A DNA stretch of 64,000 nt from positions 3,658,001 to 3,722,000 of the forward strand of contig NC_134025.1 of NCBI RefSeq assembly GCF_964204645.1, in the 5' to 3' direction. Origin of the DNA: Tubulanus polymorphus (lineage: Eukaryota; Animalia; Nemertea). Positions 13,231-25,700 of this stretch are shown here, piece by piece; positions within the stretch are counted from its first letter, which is position 1; each line of letters opens with the position of its first letter. A program made the translations under genes and the position numbers. The notes below the pieces were generated by a model. That model worked only from the letters and a program-made list of their open reading frames with translations, did not search any database and was not told the origin of the DNA.

Positions 13231-14846
13231 TTAGTCGGCGTCGTCATCTTCTTCGTCCACGTTATATTCTGCAAAAATTTTAATTTTTATAGAATTATCG
13301 GCATATATATTCAATTACTTACTTCTTACTTAAAACTTTGTTCGGATCGCGAACCTCTTCCCAGTCTCCAATATAACCTTCTTGAATAATGTTCGTAAGC
13401 CTTTTTCCAAATTATCGCGAGTGCTGCTACTACAAATAAAACCCCGCAGACCAATCCCAAAATCATCACACCTGTCATTGGCCTGGTCGCGCGGGCCCGT
13501 GCATTGATGTTATCTTCAGTCGAAGACGCTGCGTTAACGAAACTATTATTTCCACCAGCGACCGATTCGCTAACGGTCTGATGATATTCATCATTAGAAT
13601 TGTTCGCAGTATTGTCGATTAAAGGAGCACTCGTGGTAGTATCCAAATCGGCGTTATCATTGGTGGCATGTACGCGGTCTGAATTAGTATCTGGCACAGG
13701 AGGGAGATCGTCTGCAGTATCTGGCACAGGAGCATTGTCAAGAGGTACAATGTTTGTAGACGTTATGGGGAGACTCGAAGAGACCTTGTCACTCGATGGT
13801 GCAGGAGGAAGGTCATGGTAGGTCTCGGCTACAGTCAAGTCGTCATCCTCGGAACCATCACCTGTCAGTAGAATAGAATACGACTCGAATCATGAAGAAA
13901 ATGCACGTTTTGCACGTCAACTAAAATTAATTTACCTGATTGTGCATTTTTCATGATTTCTTCTTGCATCTTACGTTTTGATTCCTCCAATATTTCATCA
14001 TTGATATGTTTATTCGCGTCACCATCTTCTATCGCTGAATCCTTGTGACTAATGACATGTGTTTGTCTTTTGTCACGCGAAATGTAAATGGCATGGGAGG
14101 TGGCACTTGCTTTATATTCAACTTCATTTGATGGTATTTCTCCCAGAAAACAACGACTATAAGACCCGAAAGTATAAATAGCAATGTTACAGCCAGCTGG
14201 AAAATAGAATAGAAGTATATGAACATTAACAGAATGTGATGAAAGAGAACATTTCAATATCTGCAGCTATCAGAAAAGAAACAATATACTTTCATTCGAT
14301 TAGAATCAAATGCATAATCAATAATTTCAAAATTGACACGGAGTTCCAGAGGTGAATAGATTTCAGTATATTTCAAACAATAAAAGCATTTTATAATTTT
14401 GAAAGGATTCAGAGCAACTCATGGAACTTCGTGGCGTACGGAATTACGTCTAATTACTTATGTTGCAGCATGCCTTCATGCAGTCTACCATAGAAACAGC
14501 TGATAGTCCATCCTCCTCGACGCTGTTGGAAGACTTCATTTCTGCGAGAGACTTTTTGAAAACGATAGTCCTATATTTCTGTACTTTGCCGATACATTTC
14601 GATTCGATCTGATCAATAGCAACTGATTGGATGGATATGAGAACCAATATCGACACATTCAGAAAATTCTGCATTCAAAAATAAAAAGTCATTTATGATT
14701 CAATTCAAACGGAGGTTTCAGTGCAGATACGATGTACAAGATATAAGTTTATGTTGATACAATGTACAAGATATAAGTATGGAAAAGCCAAAAAGAAATT
14801 ACAGGTAATTTTAGGCCATATGATTAGAAATTACCTTCAAATCCAT
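13231..14846 (-). CDS. Second, diverged MANSC-like type I membrane protein (tandem paralog)
   Basis: Exons 14835-14846 (MDLK), 14458-14668 (signal peptide, DCMKACC), 13936-14196 (GCNIAIY...SRCF) and 13861 down to ~13330 (acidic S/T/P stalk, TM MILGLVCGVLFVVAALAIIW, KKAYEHYSRRLY). The 3' end is ambiguous: stop at 13326, or splicing to a last exon 13231-13268 (YNVDEEDDDAD*). Confidence 0.82.
14726..14778. repeat. Tandem duplication, ~2 x 23 bp core
   Basis: gatac[g/a]atgtacaagatataagt repeated with a short spacer; intronic. Confidence 0.75.
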
Positions 14847-15612
14847 TTTACGTAGATTATTAATACGGTAGTGTAAAATTATTTCCCTGATCACTGTCTG
14901 ATTCGAATAGTTTGTTTTTATTCCACAGATAGTTGTTTTTTTCACATTGTAAATCCAATAACGCTAAGCATCCGAAGATATTAAGCGACACATTGGGTGT
15001 TGTGATATATAATGTCCATTTCCACAAACAAGCAGTGGTCAACTGAAACAACCAAGCACCTGTTACTACAACTTTCGGTACAGTGATAATTGACAGTTTG
15101 AAAGATACGATTTCACGGTTTCTCGTTTACAATTGAGCGCCATTAAAGAGATCGATATCAAATGGCGAATTATGAAGGAATCAATGGTCATTTCAATAGC
15201 GGTATATTGGATGTTAGTCTTGTACTTAATTTCCTTTCTTCTATAAAGATAATTTGCATTCTTAAATTGTGATCAAATACTCTGCATTATCAATGAAAAC
15301 GTTCATCTGATATTGAGACCCTCATTTCTAAACAGTGATGGCGATCAATTCCTATGTGTTTGCAATTAGAATTTACAAAAAGAACAATCATTTTCTATGC
15401 GGAACTTTGAAAACGTTACATAATGTGATCAGTATTTCTTTTATCTTGACAAATAAGAAAATATGCGTCGGCAAATAATCTTGTGGCATATATGATAAGA
15501 AAATTATCTTCTGCACAAGTGAATCAGAATTTAGTTTATCAGTGAATGGTCGATATATTTCTAGATTTTATTCAGACACAGTTACAAAGCTCAACACTTT
15601 AGACTAGAAAAG

Positions 15613-17967
15613 ATGTACGATATTCACAATCCCGTAAGTAATAGAATCACATTTTCTTTCCTTCGTTTGTAACATAACTGAAAAAAAGTATAAAATAGCT
15701 CGCTTTGGCGATACTTTTAGTGAATTTTGTACCGTTTATTTTTTCTAGCGCATTCCCTACACCGGGATCATTCCTGGTGGTGTCCGCGATGGTACAATGA
15801 TTACAATTAGAGGTAGTACAACTTTCAGTAAGCAGTAAGTCAAGATTTTTAGAGTAAACTTTAGATTTTTCTATTCAATAAAACGTCTTCAATCGTATTC
15901 GTAAATTTATTCTCGGAAATGGTTCAATCGATTTTCTTAATGCTTTTAAGTTTTAGTATTGGTCTGCATGATGGTTCTCCATCGGGTAATGCCATTCTGT
16001 ATCTGAACCCACGAATTGATGAGGGCTGTATCGTACGTAATTCATTTTACCAAAACAAATGGGGAGCTGAGGAAAGAGACGGTGGTATGCCGATCTACAA
16101 ATCGAGTCCCTTCGAGATTATGATACTGGTACAACGAGATTGTTTTATGGTGGGTATATGTTTGTTGGTATTTGGTAAGCAAGACATTTTTCCTTAAAAC
16201 GTTAGTTTATATGGTCACTATGCCATATATCTGATACAGATTAGTGTTTTTGGGCTTAACAAAAATGATAACTTGTTTCTCCTTATCGGCCGGGTCATTT
16301 TGTAAAATGCAATAAAATTTGTAATCAGTTCATTTCCATAGCTGCCGGATGTTATGGTAAAGATGATATGATTGAAAAAAGTAATGTACGGGTCAAATTT
16401 TAAGCTCAGCCTGGGATGAGAGATAGGGTATCAATTTTTTGGCCTTATTTGGACTATTGGTTTAAACTAGATTGATTAATAGTTTTCGTTATAGCCTGTT
16501 ATAATGTATTTGATATATTGTATTTGTTTCGATATCAAATGATTGGACAAATTGCTTTACAGATAGCTGTAAACGGTACGCACTTCGCTAAGTTCCATCA
16601 CCGCTTTCCAAAAGAGTCGGCTACCACGTTGCAAATCACCGGATCCGTTCATATTAAACACATACATTATCCACCGGCAGCGATGGCACCCGGCTTTCCA
16701 CCAGTTCCACCGGCAGGACCTACAGGCCCAGGAATCTACCCACCACCAGCAGGCTCTGCATTCCCTGGAGGTTGTTGTCCACCGCCGCCTAGGCCACCAC
16801 CAGCCGGATTTGCGCCACCGACACAATCGCATATGCCCAATACTTTCTTCAACCCGGTACGTTTTTCTATCGGTTAAATGATATCGATTTAATTCGGGTG
16901 TGAAATTTCCAAATCAATGCCATTCTTTTATTGCAGCCATTGCCGTTTACGCACAAGGTAGTCGGAGGTTTGAAAGAGGGAAATACGATTCAAATCTCTG
17001 GAAAAACTAAACATCATGGGCAAAGGTATTGTACATATTTCTACATCAGTCATGAATATTATTCTTTTTATGACATGGAAGTTATATCTTTACCTTTATC
17101 ACAAAATATCATCCATTTTAGATGGACCATTAACCTGACGTCTGATAAACAGAAACGTGACATCGCACTTCATTTTGACGTGCGTATTCACATGGGCTTT
17201 CATCAAAAAGTCGTAGTGATGAATTCGTCTCTTGCTGGACAATGGCAAACGGAAGAGCATGACAGTACGAGATTTCCATTCAAACCAGGGCATCAATTCG
17301 ACCTCTCACTGAGAGTGAATCCTACAGGATATCAGGTGAATATAGTCAGCCTCGAGACACGAACAACCGCCAAAACGTGCAGTCATCATACATCGTAAGG
17401 TGCTGCCGCTATACTCATTGTTAGCGGATTTTTCATACACTAAAGTGAATTGATACGGTAACGAGCAACAAACATAGCGGCAGCACCTATGAGATTATGA
17501 TGTAGCGCACATCGATTGCCAGAGTCGCTTCACGTTAGTGTATGGAAAATCCGCTAACGATGAGCATAGCGGCAGCACCTTATGCTCAGTTCGTATTCGC
17601 ATTTGTATTCGGTCTTTTAACCCGCTCTTGCCGGCATTAGTTCTACAGTTGCAGACCGTCCGACGATTGTGTCGCAGCGACCCGAGTACCCCATTAATGG
17701 CCCACTAATCATCACATCTGTGTGTTGAATATTTATCAAGGAAATATCCGGGAAATAATCATAAACATTCCCTTAGAAGCCTCATTTATATTATTCCATG
17801 TGTCTTTTTTTCTGAATCATCAACTGTATTACTGTCGGTATTATTTTCAGATATACGTGAATGGTGGTCAGCATTGCTATTCATTCGGTCACCGTCATCC
17901 TTTCCGAAATGTCAAGTTTGTGAATATTGAAGGCGATATTGACGTGACAACCTTAAGTATTATGTAA
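15613..17967 (+). CDS. Tandem-repeat (two-CRD) galectin with Pro/Gly-rich linker
   Basis: Exons 15613-15633, 15749-15834, 15951-16149, 16563-16856, 16937-17025, 17122-17335, 17851-17967. CRD1: YLNPR...IVRNS...WGAEER...IAVNGTHF..F.HR; linker PPAAMAPGFPPVPPAGPTGPGIYPPP...; CRD2: ALHFDVR...VVMNS...WQTEEH...FPFKPG...IYVNG...FGHR. No signal peptide, as expected for galectins. Confidence 0.95.
16251..16446. mobile_element. Degenerate MITE-like element in galectin intron 3
   Basis: Left end gggcttaacaaaaatgataacttgtttctc is loosely complementary to right end gagatagggtatcaattttttggcctta; non-coding interior. Confidence 0.4.
17395..17583. mobile_element. MITE (~190 bp, ~55-bp terminal inverted repeats) in galectin intron 6
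   Basis: taaggtgctgccgctatactcattgttagcggatttttcatacactaaagtgaa (17396-17449) is nearly the reverse complement of ttcacgttagtgtatggaaaatccgctaacgatgagcatagcggcagcacctta (17529-17582); TA at both ends; an extra partial TIR copy at ~17473-17489. Confidence 0.8.
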
Positions 17968-18264
17968 AGTGCCAAAAACACAAATATAAAAATTAAAAAA
18001 CTAAGTCACTTCAGTGATATAATTTGAACACTAATTTATGTACCATAGATTTTAGAATTTTTGGAAATATAGGTGTCTAGTAGTTTTGCTTATCAATCTA
18101 ATTTGCACATCAAAATAGTTGGATAGCCGGTAAAATGTACGGATGTTTGTATGGAACACTTTGACGGAGGAACTTTCCGTTACTTCAACATAGGACAATA
18201 AAGCCAAACACATGTAACGAAATTTTTGATGGTTTATTATTTTGTTCAATGGGTCTTATGTTAC

Positions 18265-18322
18265 ACGATGAGTGAAGAGACACATTTCACTTTACGATGA
18301 GTGAAGAGACACATTTCACTTT
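18265..18322. repeat. Tandem duplication, 2 x 29 bp
   Basis: acgatgagtgaagagacacatttcacttt repeated directly, downstream of the galectin stop. Confidence 0.85.
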
Positions 18323-19787
18323 ACATTATAACGAATCTGAACTAAAAATTGTTTGCTTCAAAAAGGAAGATATACCGAAAATGAGTTAATACTCTTATGA
18401 ATGAACGTCCAAATAGTTCTACTTATCAAAGATTAACACAGAATTGATACGAAATAAAACAATGAACGATTCACTTTCATTTAGTCAACTCATGAAGGGC
18501 ACTGTATTTATATTAAGTCTTATCTTGAACGTAAAAGCATTTAATCTACGTCAACAAGTTTAATATCTGAAAAATCAAATAGCTGACTAATCTAAAAATC
18601 CCCTAGATTCAGATTCATGGATAAATGGCGACCAAAGGGTTGCTGTAAAAGCCACCAAGCTTATGCATGACGCTAAAAACTATCATTATTTTCTTTCTTC
18701 TCATCAAACATTAACAACATTATAAACCTTCTAAATATATTAAGTAAACACATTGAACATTCTCTCGTAAAATATTCAACAGTTGATATAATTTATTTTA
18801 CTCGCAGCTTTTGCGAGTTTTCACTGGCGCCATCTACTCGACTCTTCAACGTACGCAAACTAATTACAATTAAATCACTTTTTTTCCGGATGACATTTCT
18901 ACATATTCAACTACACACACTATAAATTGATTCAATAAAGAAAACTGATTCTACTAATTATTACTGTCATTTGTATTTACATTGTTTGTTCATCGATACA
19001 AATAAAATACGAAGTCATTTCGCAAACACGCTCACACAAAAACAAAATATATACCCAATGAATAACTGAAGATTTTTTTCACATCGAAATATATACGGAC
19101 CACAAAACAATCAATTAAGCCAAGTAAAACATGAAGCAATATCAACGATCTGGGTTTAGTGGATTATCGGTGGATTTAGTATAGGAGTAGGCCTTTATCT
19201 TACAAGCTAATCAAGGGTTACGTTGAAACTGCAATCACACAACGATGTATTATCTCGGACTTGGTTATCTTGGCTATCGTACATATTATTATACAATAAG
19301 AATTCTATGCAAGGAATCAACGTCTTTCAAATTTTCAACGGAAGTGCAATTATTTACTAGATCATGTTCAACCGCAATCGTAAGGTCAGCTTGCAAAAAC
19401 GTAACAAACATCTTTATCAAAACTGTCTTATTTGATTACCCACAAGTAAACAAAGACGCCACTGGCAAACAGAATGGTTTATCATTTTCAATTTCAATTT
19501 CACTCTCTCCGTATCTCCCTCAATTTCCGTCAAAATATCGCTTCGGTATAACTATATATGCTATATGGACGGCTAGTTAGAGCCCTCACCGCCCACCTTA
19601 TGAATCAAACCCTATTTACTGATGCATGATATGATGGGTGTATTTACAAAGATGCAAATGACAACAGTCAAATATCATATCGTTCCTCACTGACATTGGT
19701 GAGGGCTCATGCGCCCAATCATGGTTCGGGCACTGCCCAAACACACTTTGATTTCACCTTGTTCTCCACTATGTGACAATTCCGATA

Positions 19788-22700
19788 TCATTCTCGGAAA
19801 TCCTCGAAGTTACTTGACCGCCTGCAGTCTTGGCATGATTGGGAAGGCGACGAAGGCCGACCAAAGTCTCGAGCGTAAAGGTCAGGAATCGGGGAGGGTG
19901 ACCGATATTCGCGTATACCCATCATCGGAGATCTCCTTAATTCGCGTAGTTGAATTACGCCGTTTGGCGAATCCACCGGAAGTTCGGCGGCAGACGTCGA
20001 GCATTTTGAACATTGTCGTCTAAAAGCAGGCCTTGTTGTAGATCCGTGGCATCGTATCGCAAAACGTAGTTCCTCGGCCATCTCTGAACAGAGTGATTGC
20101 TAAACGAGAGAGTAAAACTGATATAAGAATTGAAAAAAATAACATACGACGAGAAGCGTAACAAATGTCATTAAGGTAGGATCCGACCCCATCACGATAA
20201 GCATTTTCGTTGGTCACTTGCATATCGACGAAAAACAAGGAAGGCTAAATGGCGATGTAAGGACATAAAGTAACAAAAAAGAGTGACCCGTATACATGTA
20301 GGCTACGCACCTTCTTTCCTTTAAGGGTTAGATGTTTCGAGCACAGCTAAAAGGCAAGGAACCACACCGAGAGGGTTAATGATTATATGTGACCATAACA
20401 AATGAAACATGCAATAAATCCATTACCCTGTAGTTATCTCGTTAACAGTTATATACTAAAAAAAGCTTAATGCTAATGCTATGCCACCAAACCATCGACT
20501 TGTTAGATTATTGCCACTGATTATTTTGTTAGTTCGATTATATGATATCATGCAGGTACAGTAAGATACGCCTCTATGTTTATTTTTACTATCAAATTAT
20601 CATTGGAGCCGAATTATGTTTCAAGCTGGAAACGCGATTCAAGCCAATATGAAATATACCAGATTATAGCATATTCTTTGATACCTTAGAATATCATCCG
20701 TTCACAAGAATGTAAGAAATCGACAGAATTTGCTTCTGTACCAGGTCTGTGAATACTTACTCGATCAGTTTGTGCATTATGTTTTGAATTCCAGATAAAT
20801 TCGATAACGGCTACGATTACTGCTAAAGCGAGACCGGCCACCAGAACCACGAAAATGCCGCCGACGTTTTCTACCCCGAGTTCATTCGCTTTAGATTCCT
20901 TTTTATCATCACGGTTACAGGTGCCCGTATTTTTCCACCATTTGTTATAAATCATTTGTATTCTTCCTTTTTCTTGAAGTTCTAGGATAGCTAGTGATAT
21001 ACGATCGCGGTATTCGGATCCTATATAATAAATGATATATGGAATGTAGTGCATGAATATTGATAATCAACATTTGAGTTTTTGAATTCGTGCCAAAAAT
21101 TAGTAGATTACGGTTAAATGAATGACTACAAGGAGTGATATAGTGATCATGAGAAAAAACGATACCTCTCTGAGTACCAATTCCATATCCTTTACTATCA
21201 AGCAGTCCTCCGACTTGCATGAGATCACATTCTCTTTGTATGGTATAGTCTATCATCACGGATTCCATGAGATATGCATAGTTTCCTTTAAGCACCCTAT
21301 TTATTCCCTCCAAACTGTCAGATACAAATACATTAGGCTCGGCCGTGTCCATGTACTGCCACATCCGTTTGTAAGTCTCGATTTTAGAATCCTGTAAAAT
21401 ACATACGACAACGCATAAACAAGCGTATAGCTATTTGATAAACACTGCGATTTGATGTCGCTCTTATCATTGCACCGACCAGAATCTTTTTTTATATTGA
21501 TTATGCAAGAAATTGCTTCGCTTTATACACCTTGAAAGTCGAGGCAAGATTCGAATAGACCTGATGTGAGCCGAAAGAAATGCGAACGATTAGATTCAAG
21601 CCCGACTCCGGAACCGAAACACATGCTATGATTATTTGTAGAGACATCTATATCAAAGAACTAAACCACATAAAAAACAGCCCGAAGAAAAAAACAGTAT
21701 TCATCGAAATCATTTTTTGAATGAAATGTATCAAATATTTTGAGATGGCTTTCATATCTTTAGGAAAACAGAGAAAATCATGAAAATACAAAATGGCAAA
21801 TATACATGAAGAAAGTTGCATCCCGATAGAAAGGAGGTTAAAACGGACATACATGATCAATGTATGGTTTAAGTCATCCTCCCCCGGCAGGGATTCGAAC
21901 CTGATGGCATCGAGATTGCCACGGCACGAAACCCTGCCATAATCGACCGTGTGCGCAGATACATGCGCAGTTCAGATGATGTGATTTTAAGCCAATCAGA
22001 AATCCCGTTTTATTTTAGCCCGGGTTTTCCCATTTATAGTTCTTCCTTGAAATTTGCCTCAACGATTATACAACGAGCAATCTGATTGGTGCCGCAAGTT
22101 TTTGTTCGGAAAGCTGCGCATGTACCTGCGCACCCGGTCTACTGATGCAGGGGTTCGTGCCGTGGCTGAGTGTAGCGATGCCATCAGGTTCGAGTCCCTG
22201 CAGAGGGAGGATGGGTTTAAGTGTCGGCGGGCCACAACAGTATACAGAACATTTACATTATCGGCAACAAATTTCCGCACTTTCTTCACGTAGAAGCAAA
22301 AAATGACAACATCACTCGTTCAGGTTATAATGGTAGCACTGATCATTGGAAATACATGCAAAAATGACTGTAGTGTTGCAGATATTGAGATGATGGATAC
22401 AGCGTGCAAAATGAACATTTCGGCAAAAATCTTGAAGCCATTGTTTATAAAAATCTGCTGAAGTGATGTCATATGAGTATCGTAAATATTAACTATTCAC
22501 ATTTATCTAAACATTTTTAACCTTAAAAAAGAAACAAATCTATGAATTAAGTTTGTCTTTCTTCGGACACCATCGAACTCGGCGAACAACAGTAAACGGT
22601 AGTACTGAAAGGGGCGGTGTGAAAACTGGATTCTGGCATTGGAAAAATGGTTATTTGACGACATTTGTATTAACAAAATTTACAAAAGACGACGAATTTT

Positions 22701-25700
22701 TGCTAAAGCTAACAGATCTATTTGTAGTCGACGGTTTGAAAAAAAGAGAAGAATCGTTTATAAATGACTCTTTAAGAATATATATATATATGTATATTGA
22801 AATATGTATATGATAAAATGAATATAGGAACGTACCGCACTGCCGAATTGCTGGGGATAAATAAATAGAGGTCAGTTACAAAGTTGATCAGTGCTACCTT
22901 AAAACTAAAATAATAAAGACAACAGTGAATAGACTTTTGATGTGATATAGATATTTTACTACGATACGACAAGGGACTAGTGGCCCTGCTACTACTAACT
23001 ATCAAACCACGTATAATGAGAGCATAGACTGTAAAATATGTATCTATAGGTAAAGGCCAGGCTTTTAGTATGGACAACATGCATTTATATATAGTTGGTT
23101 TTTGCAGATAAGTGATAATGATTTTTGTTTGATTTCTCGATTATGAATGGATTATTGAGGAATTTTGAAGTGTTCAAAATAATTGAATAGAGCAGTTTTC
23201 GCCTAATAAGTACAGCACACAATTATAAGAAGAATTTAAATTATAACTTACTTTGAAAAAAGTCATCGTCGAGCCTCCGGATATCGTGCCGTACGCTATT
23301 TCAGTTTGCCTAGATAAATCCTCAGCATTCTCAATGGGTGAAACCATTCTCTCAACCGTGAGAAATGCGGCTAAGTTTGCGGTGTAAGACGATATTATAA
23401 TTAACGTAAAAAACCACCAAATTCCGCCAACAATTCGCGTCGACAAGGCCCGTGGATTAATGTCTGAACCCTGTTGCATTAGCGTACCTACTGTAAACCA
23501 GAAACTATTGGACAATGTGAATATATTTTCGACTGTATCTTTTGAGTTCGAACAGCCGTCCGGACTGTACCATTCATACGGACTGAATCTAGCGAGAATA
23601 AACATCACAAAACTAACGGTTATGTACGCAACGATTACGTAGAGCCAAATCTCCAGTGCTAACGGGTTCAAAAAAGAAAACAGCCCAGGCGTCTCTCCTA
23701 TTGGCACTTTGAATAATATACTTATTCCGAGGTTCATAAACGGTTTCGTAAAATCCACTACTTGTTCACGTATGTAACTTATAGTAAGCGAAGCGACCGC
23801 GAGATCCGCTTTCTGAAATTGAAAAAAAACCTTATCAATGCAAGCAACGTTAAACAACTTTATTACGTATCACAATTCGAAATATGCCTTAAGGTTACCT
23901 TGTCAATAAGCTCCCGCACCATTCCGTTCCATTCTTTGGTTTCAGAATCTTGTGCTCCGTATTTTTCATCGGCAACGAGTCTAATTTCGTAATTGAATCC
24001 GACAATGCCTGCTACCTCGTGAAGCAAGTCTATGCAGAATCCTTCGTATTTATTATTACCTTGCAGTTCCTTGTGATTTTTCTTCAACATAACAAACGGT
24101 TTCTCCTGTGAATAGAATAGTAAATACTGTATACATCGTTTAATCGTTCTATTTGAAGAAGAAATTGATGTCTAATAAAACAAAATAAAGATTCTCGGAT
24201 GACGTAGGGAGAAAAACATTTGAATTCGATAGATTTAGTACAAAATTGTTAATTGCATGAAAAAAAACTTGTGATTTAAAACGTCAAGTGAGCGTGGTTC
24301 ATCGGTGCAGAGTAACATGCAAGGTCTTCAGTGGTATAGAAAAAAAATGTATGACATCGTCCCGATGGGGTATCCCCGCATCAGATAGGACACTTCTCAG
24401 TGAGTCGAAAGCTCTTACTTCACCCATTGAATATTTTCATATTTGCTTACGTAGTTTAATATAATATGACATTCATCAATTCAGTTTTATAAAGCATGCT
24501 CTCCTCTCTCTCTCTCTCTCTACTTCTAAGGTAAAGCGAATGCCGTTTCCAAAGAAAGTTAAATTCTATGATTATCTTTCTAAACATATCGATGTATCAT
24601 AAGTAAGCTGATTTATAGAGATTGATAAGAGTTCGTGCAAAATTATCCATTCAAATGATTAATGAAAAACTATTCGCGTAATATAAGATAAAAGGGAAAT
24701 TTCGTTCAATGCCTGAACTGTATCTAATGATGATTCATTTTCTGAGTGTTCATATTTGGAGATTCAAACCGTAGCTCAAGTAACAACTACACTAAGATAT
24801 ATTCTATATCTGGTTTACCAAATTAAGCAATTAAATAGATTATCATCTATGCGACATGCAGTCACAATTTACTAGAACTTAATTCGTTCAGCAAGTGTGG
24901 TGTCTTAAGTGCTATACGTGTCGGTATCAAACATATCAACCTTGCGTGCATTTAATGTGCTTCACGTAACTTATAAAAAAATCTTTTGAAATTCGCTCGC
25001 CGAACTGATATATTTAAGCCATTCAATTGGTGAACCTAAACCTTCTTCAAGTAAAGACTCCAAGTGAAAACAAACTGTACTTGTGCTTTCATTGGGTGAC
25101 CACAATTCATCCAAAAGCAAATTGCATTTAACATCATCAGTGCTGTAGAGTGCTACCCTGAATCATCTCTGGTATATTGAATACACGGATCTTGTTCAAA
25201 TATTGCTAACAATTTATTTGTGTTTTCGAGATAGATCTGTGGTCACCCTGGTCACCGTTACAAGCGAGACATTATTTTGGCCGAGATTCATTAGTTTGAA
25301 GAATGATTAATATCCGCTGATTTATCATACTGTCCAGCATTAGCCATCGTTCCTGGTATACATTTGCGCACGAACAACTATTGAAAAACACCAGCCATAT
25401 CTATATATGTATATTCTGATCAGACCTTCACCCGATTTATAAATCTGCGAAGCCGGTTTGGGAATTATGAACAACGGGAGTTTATCAATATATTTTTAAA
25501 AGGGATTCAAATGAAGTATAATGCATCAATTAGCAATTAATTGCATGCGAATTATGGCTTTTAAGCTTCCTTTTACCTTTGATCGGACAGAAAATTCTTT
25601 TAACGGACACAGTGACGTGAAATGGATGAATAGAAAAATATGCCAAAACTGGGATGTGATAGAAACGGACATGATTGAGTTTTTTCAGTCTTTTTGGATG

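Noticed and set aside
18265-18322. 29-bp direct repeat as a CRISPR-like array
   Set aside because: Only two abutting copies, no spacers, eukaryotic context, no cas genes.
19719-19790. Stop-codon readthrough extension of the receptor (22 codons after TGA)
   Set aside because: Context TGA-TAT is not the leaky TGA-CTA(G) type and the length is expected by chance.
22160-22200. tRNA gene suggested by GGTTCGAGTCC
   Set aside because: A-B spacing is too short and there is no anticodon arm or cloverleaf; it is part of the inverted-repeat element.
24385-24440. Another GTCGAAAGCTC hammerhead-like fragment
   Set aside because: No upstream CUGANGA/UUGANAA core and no clear stems.
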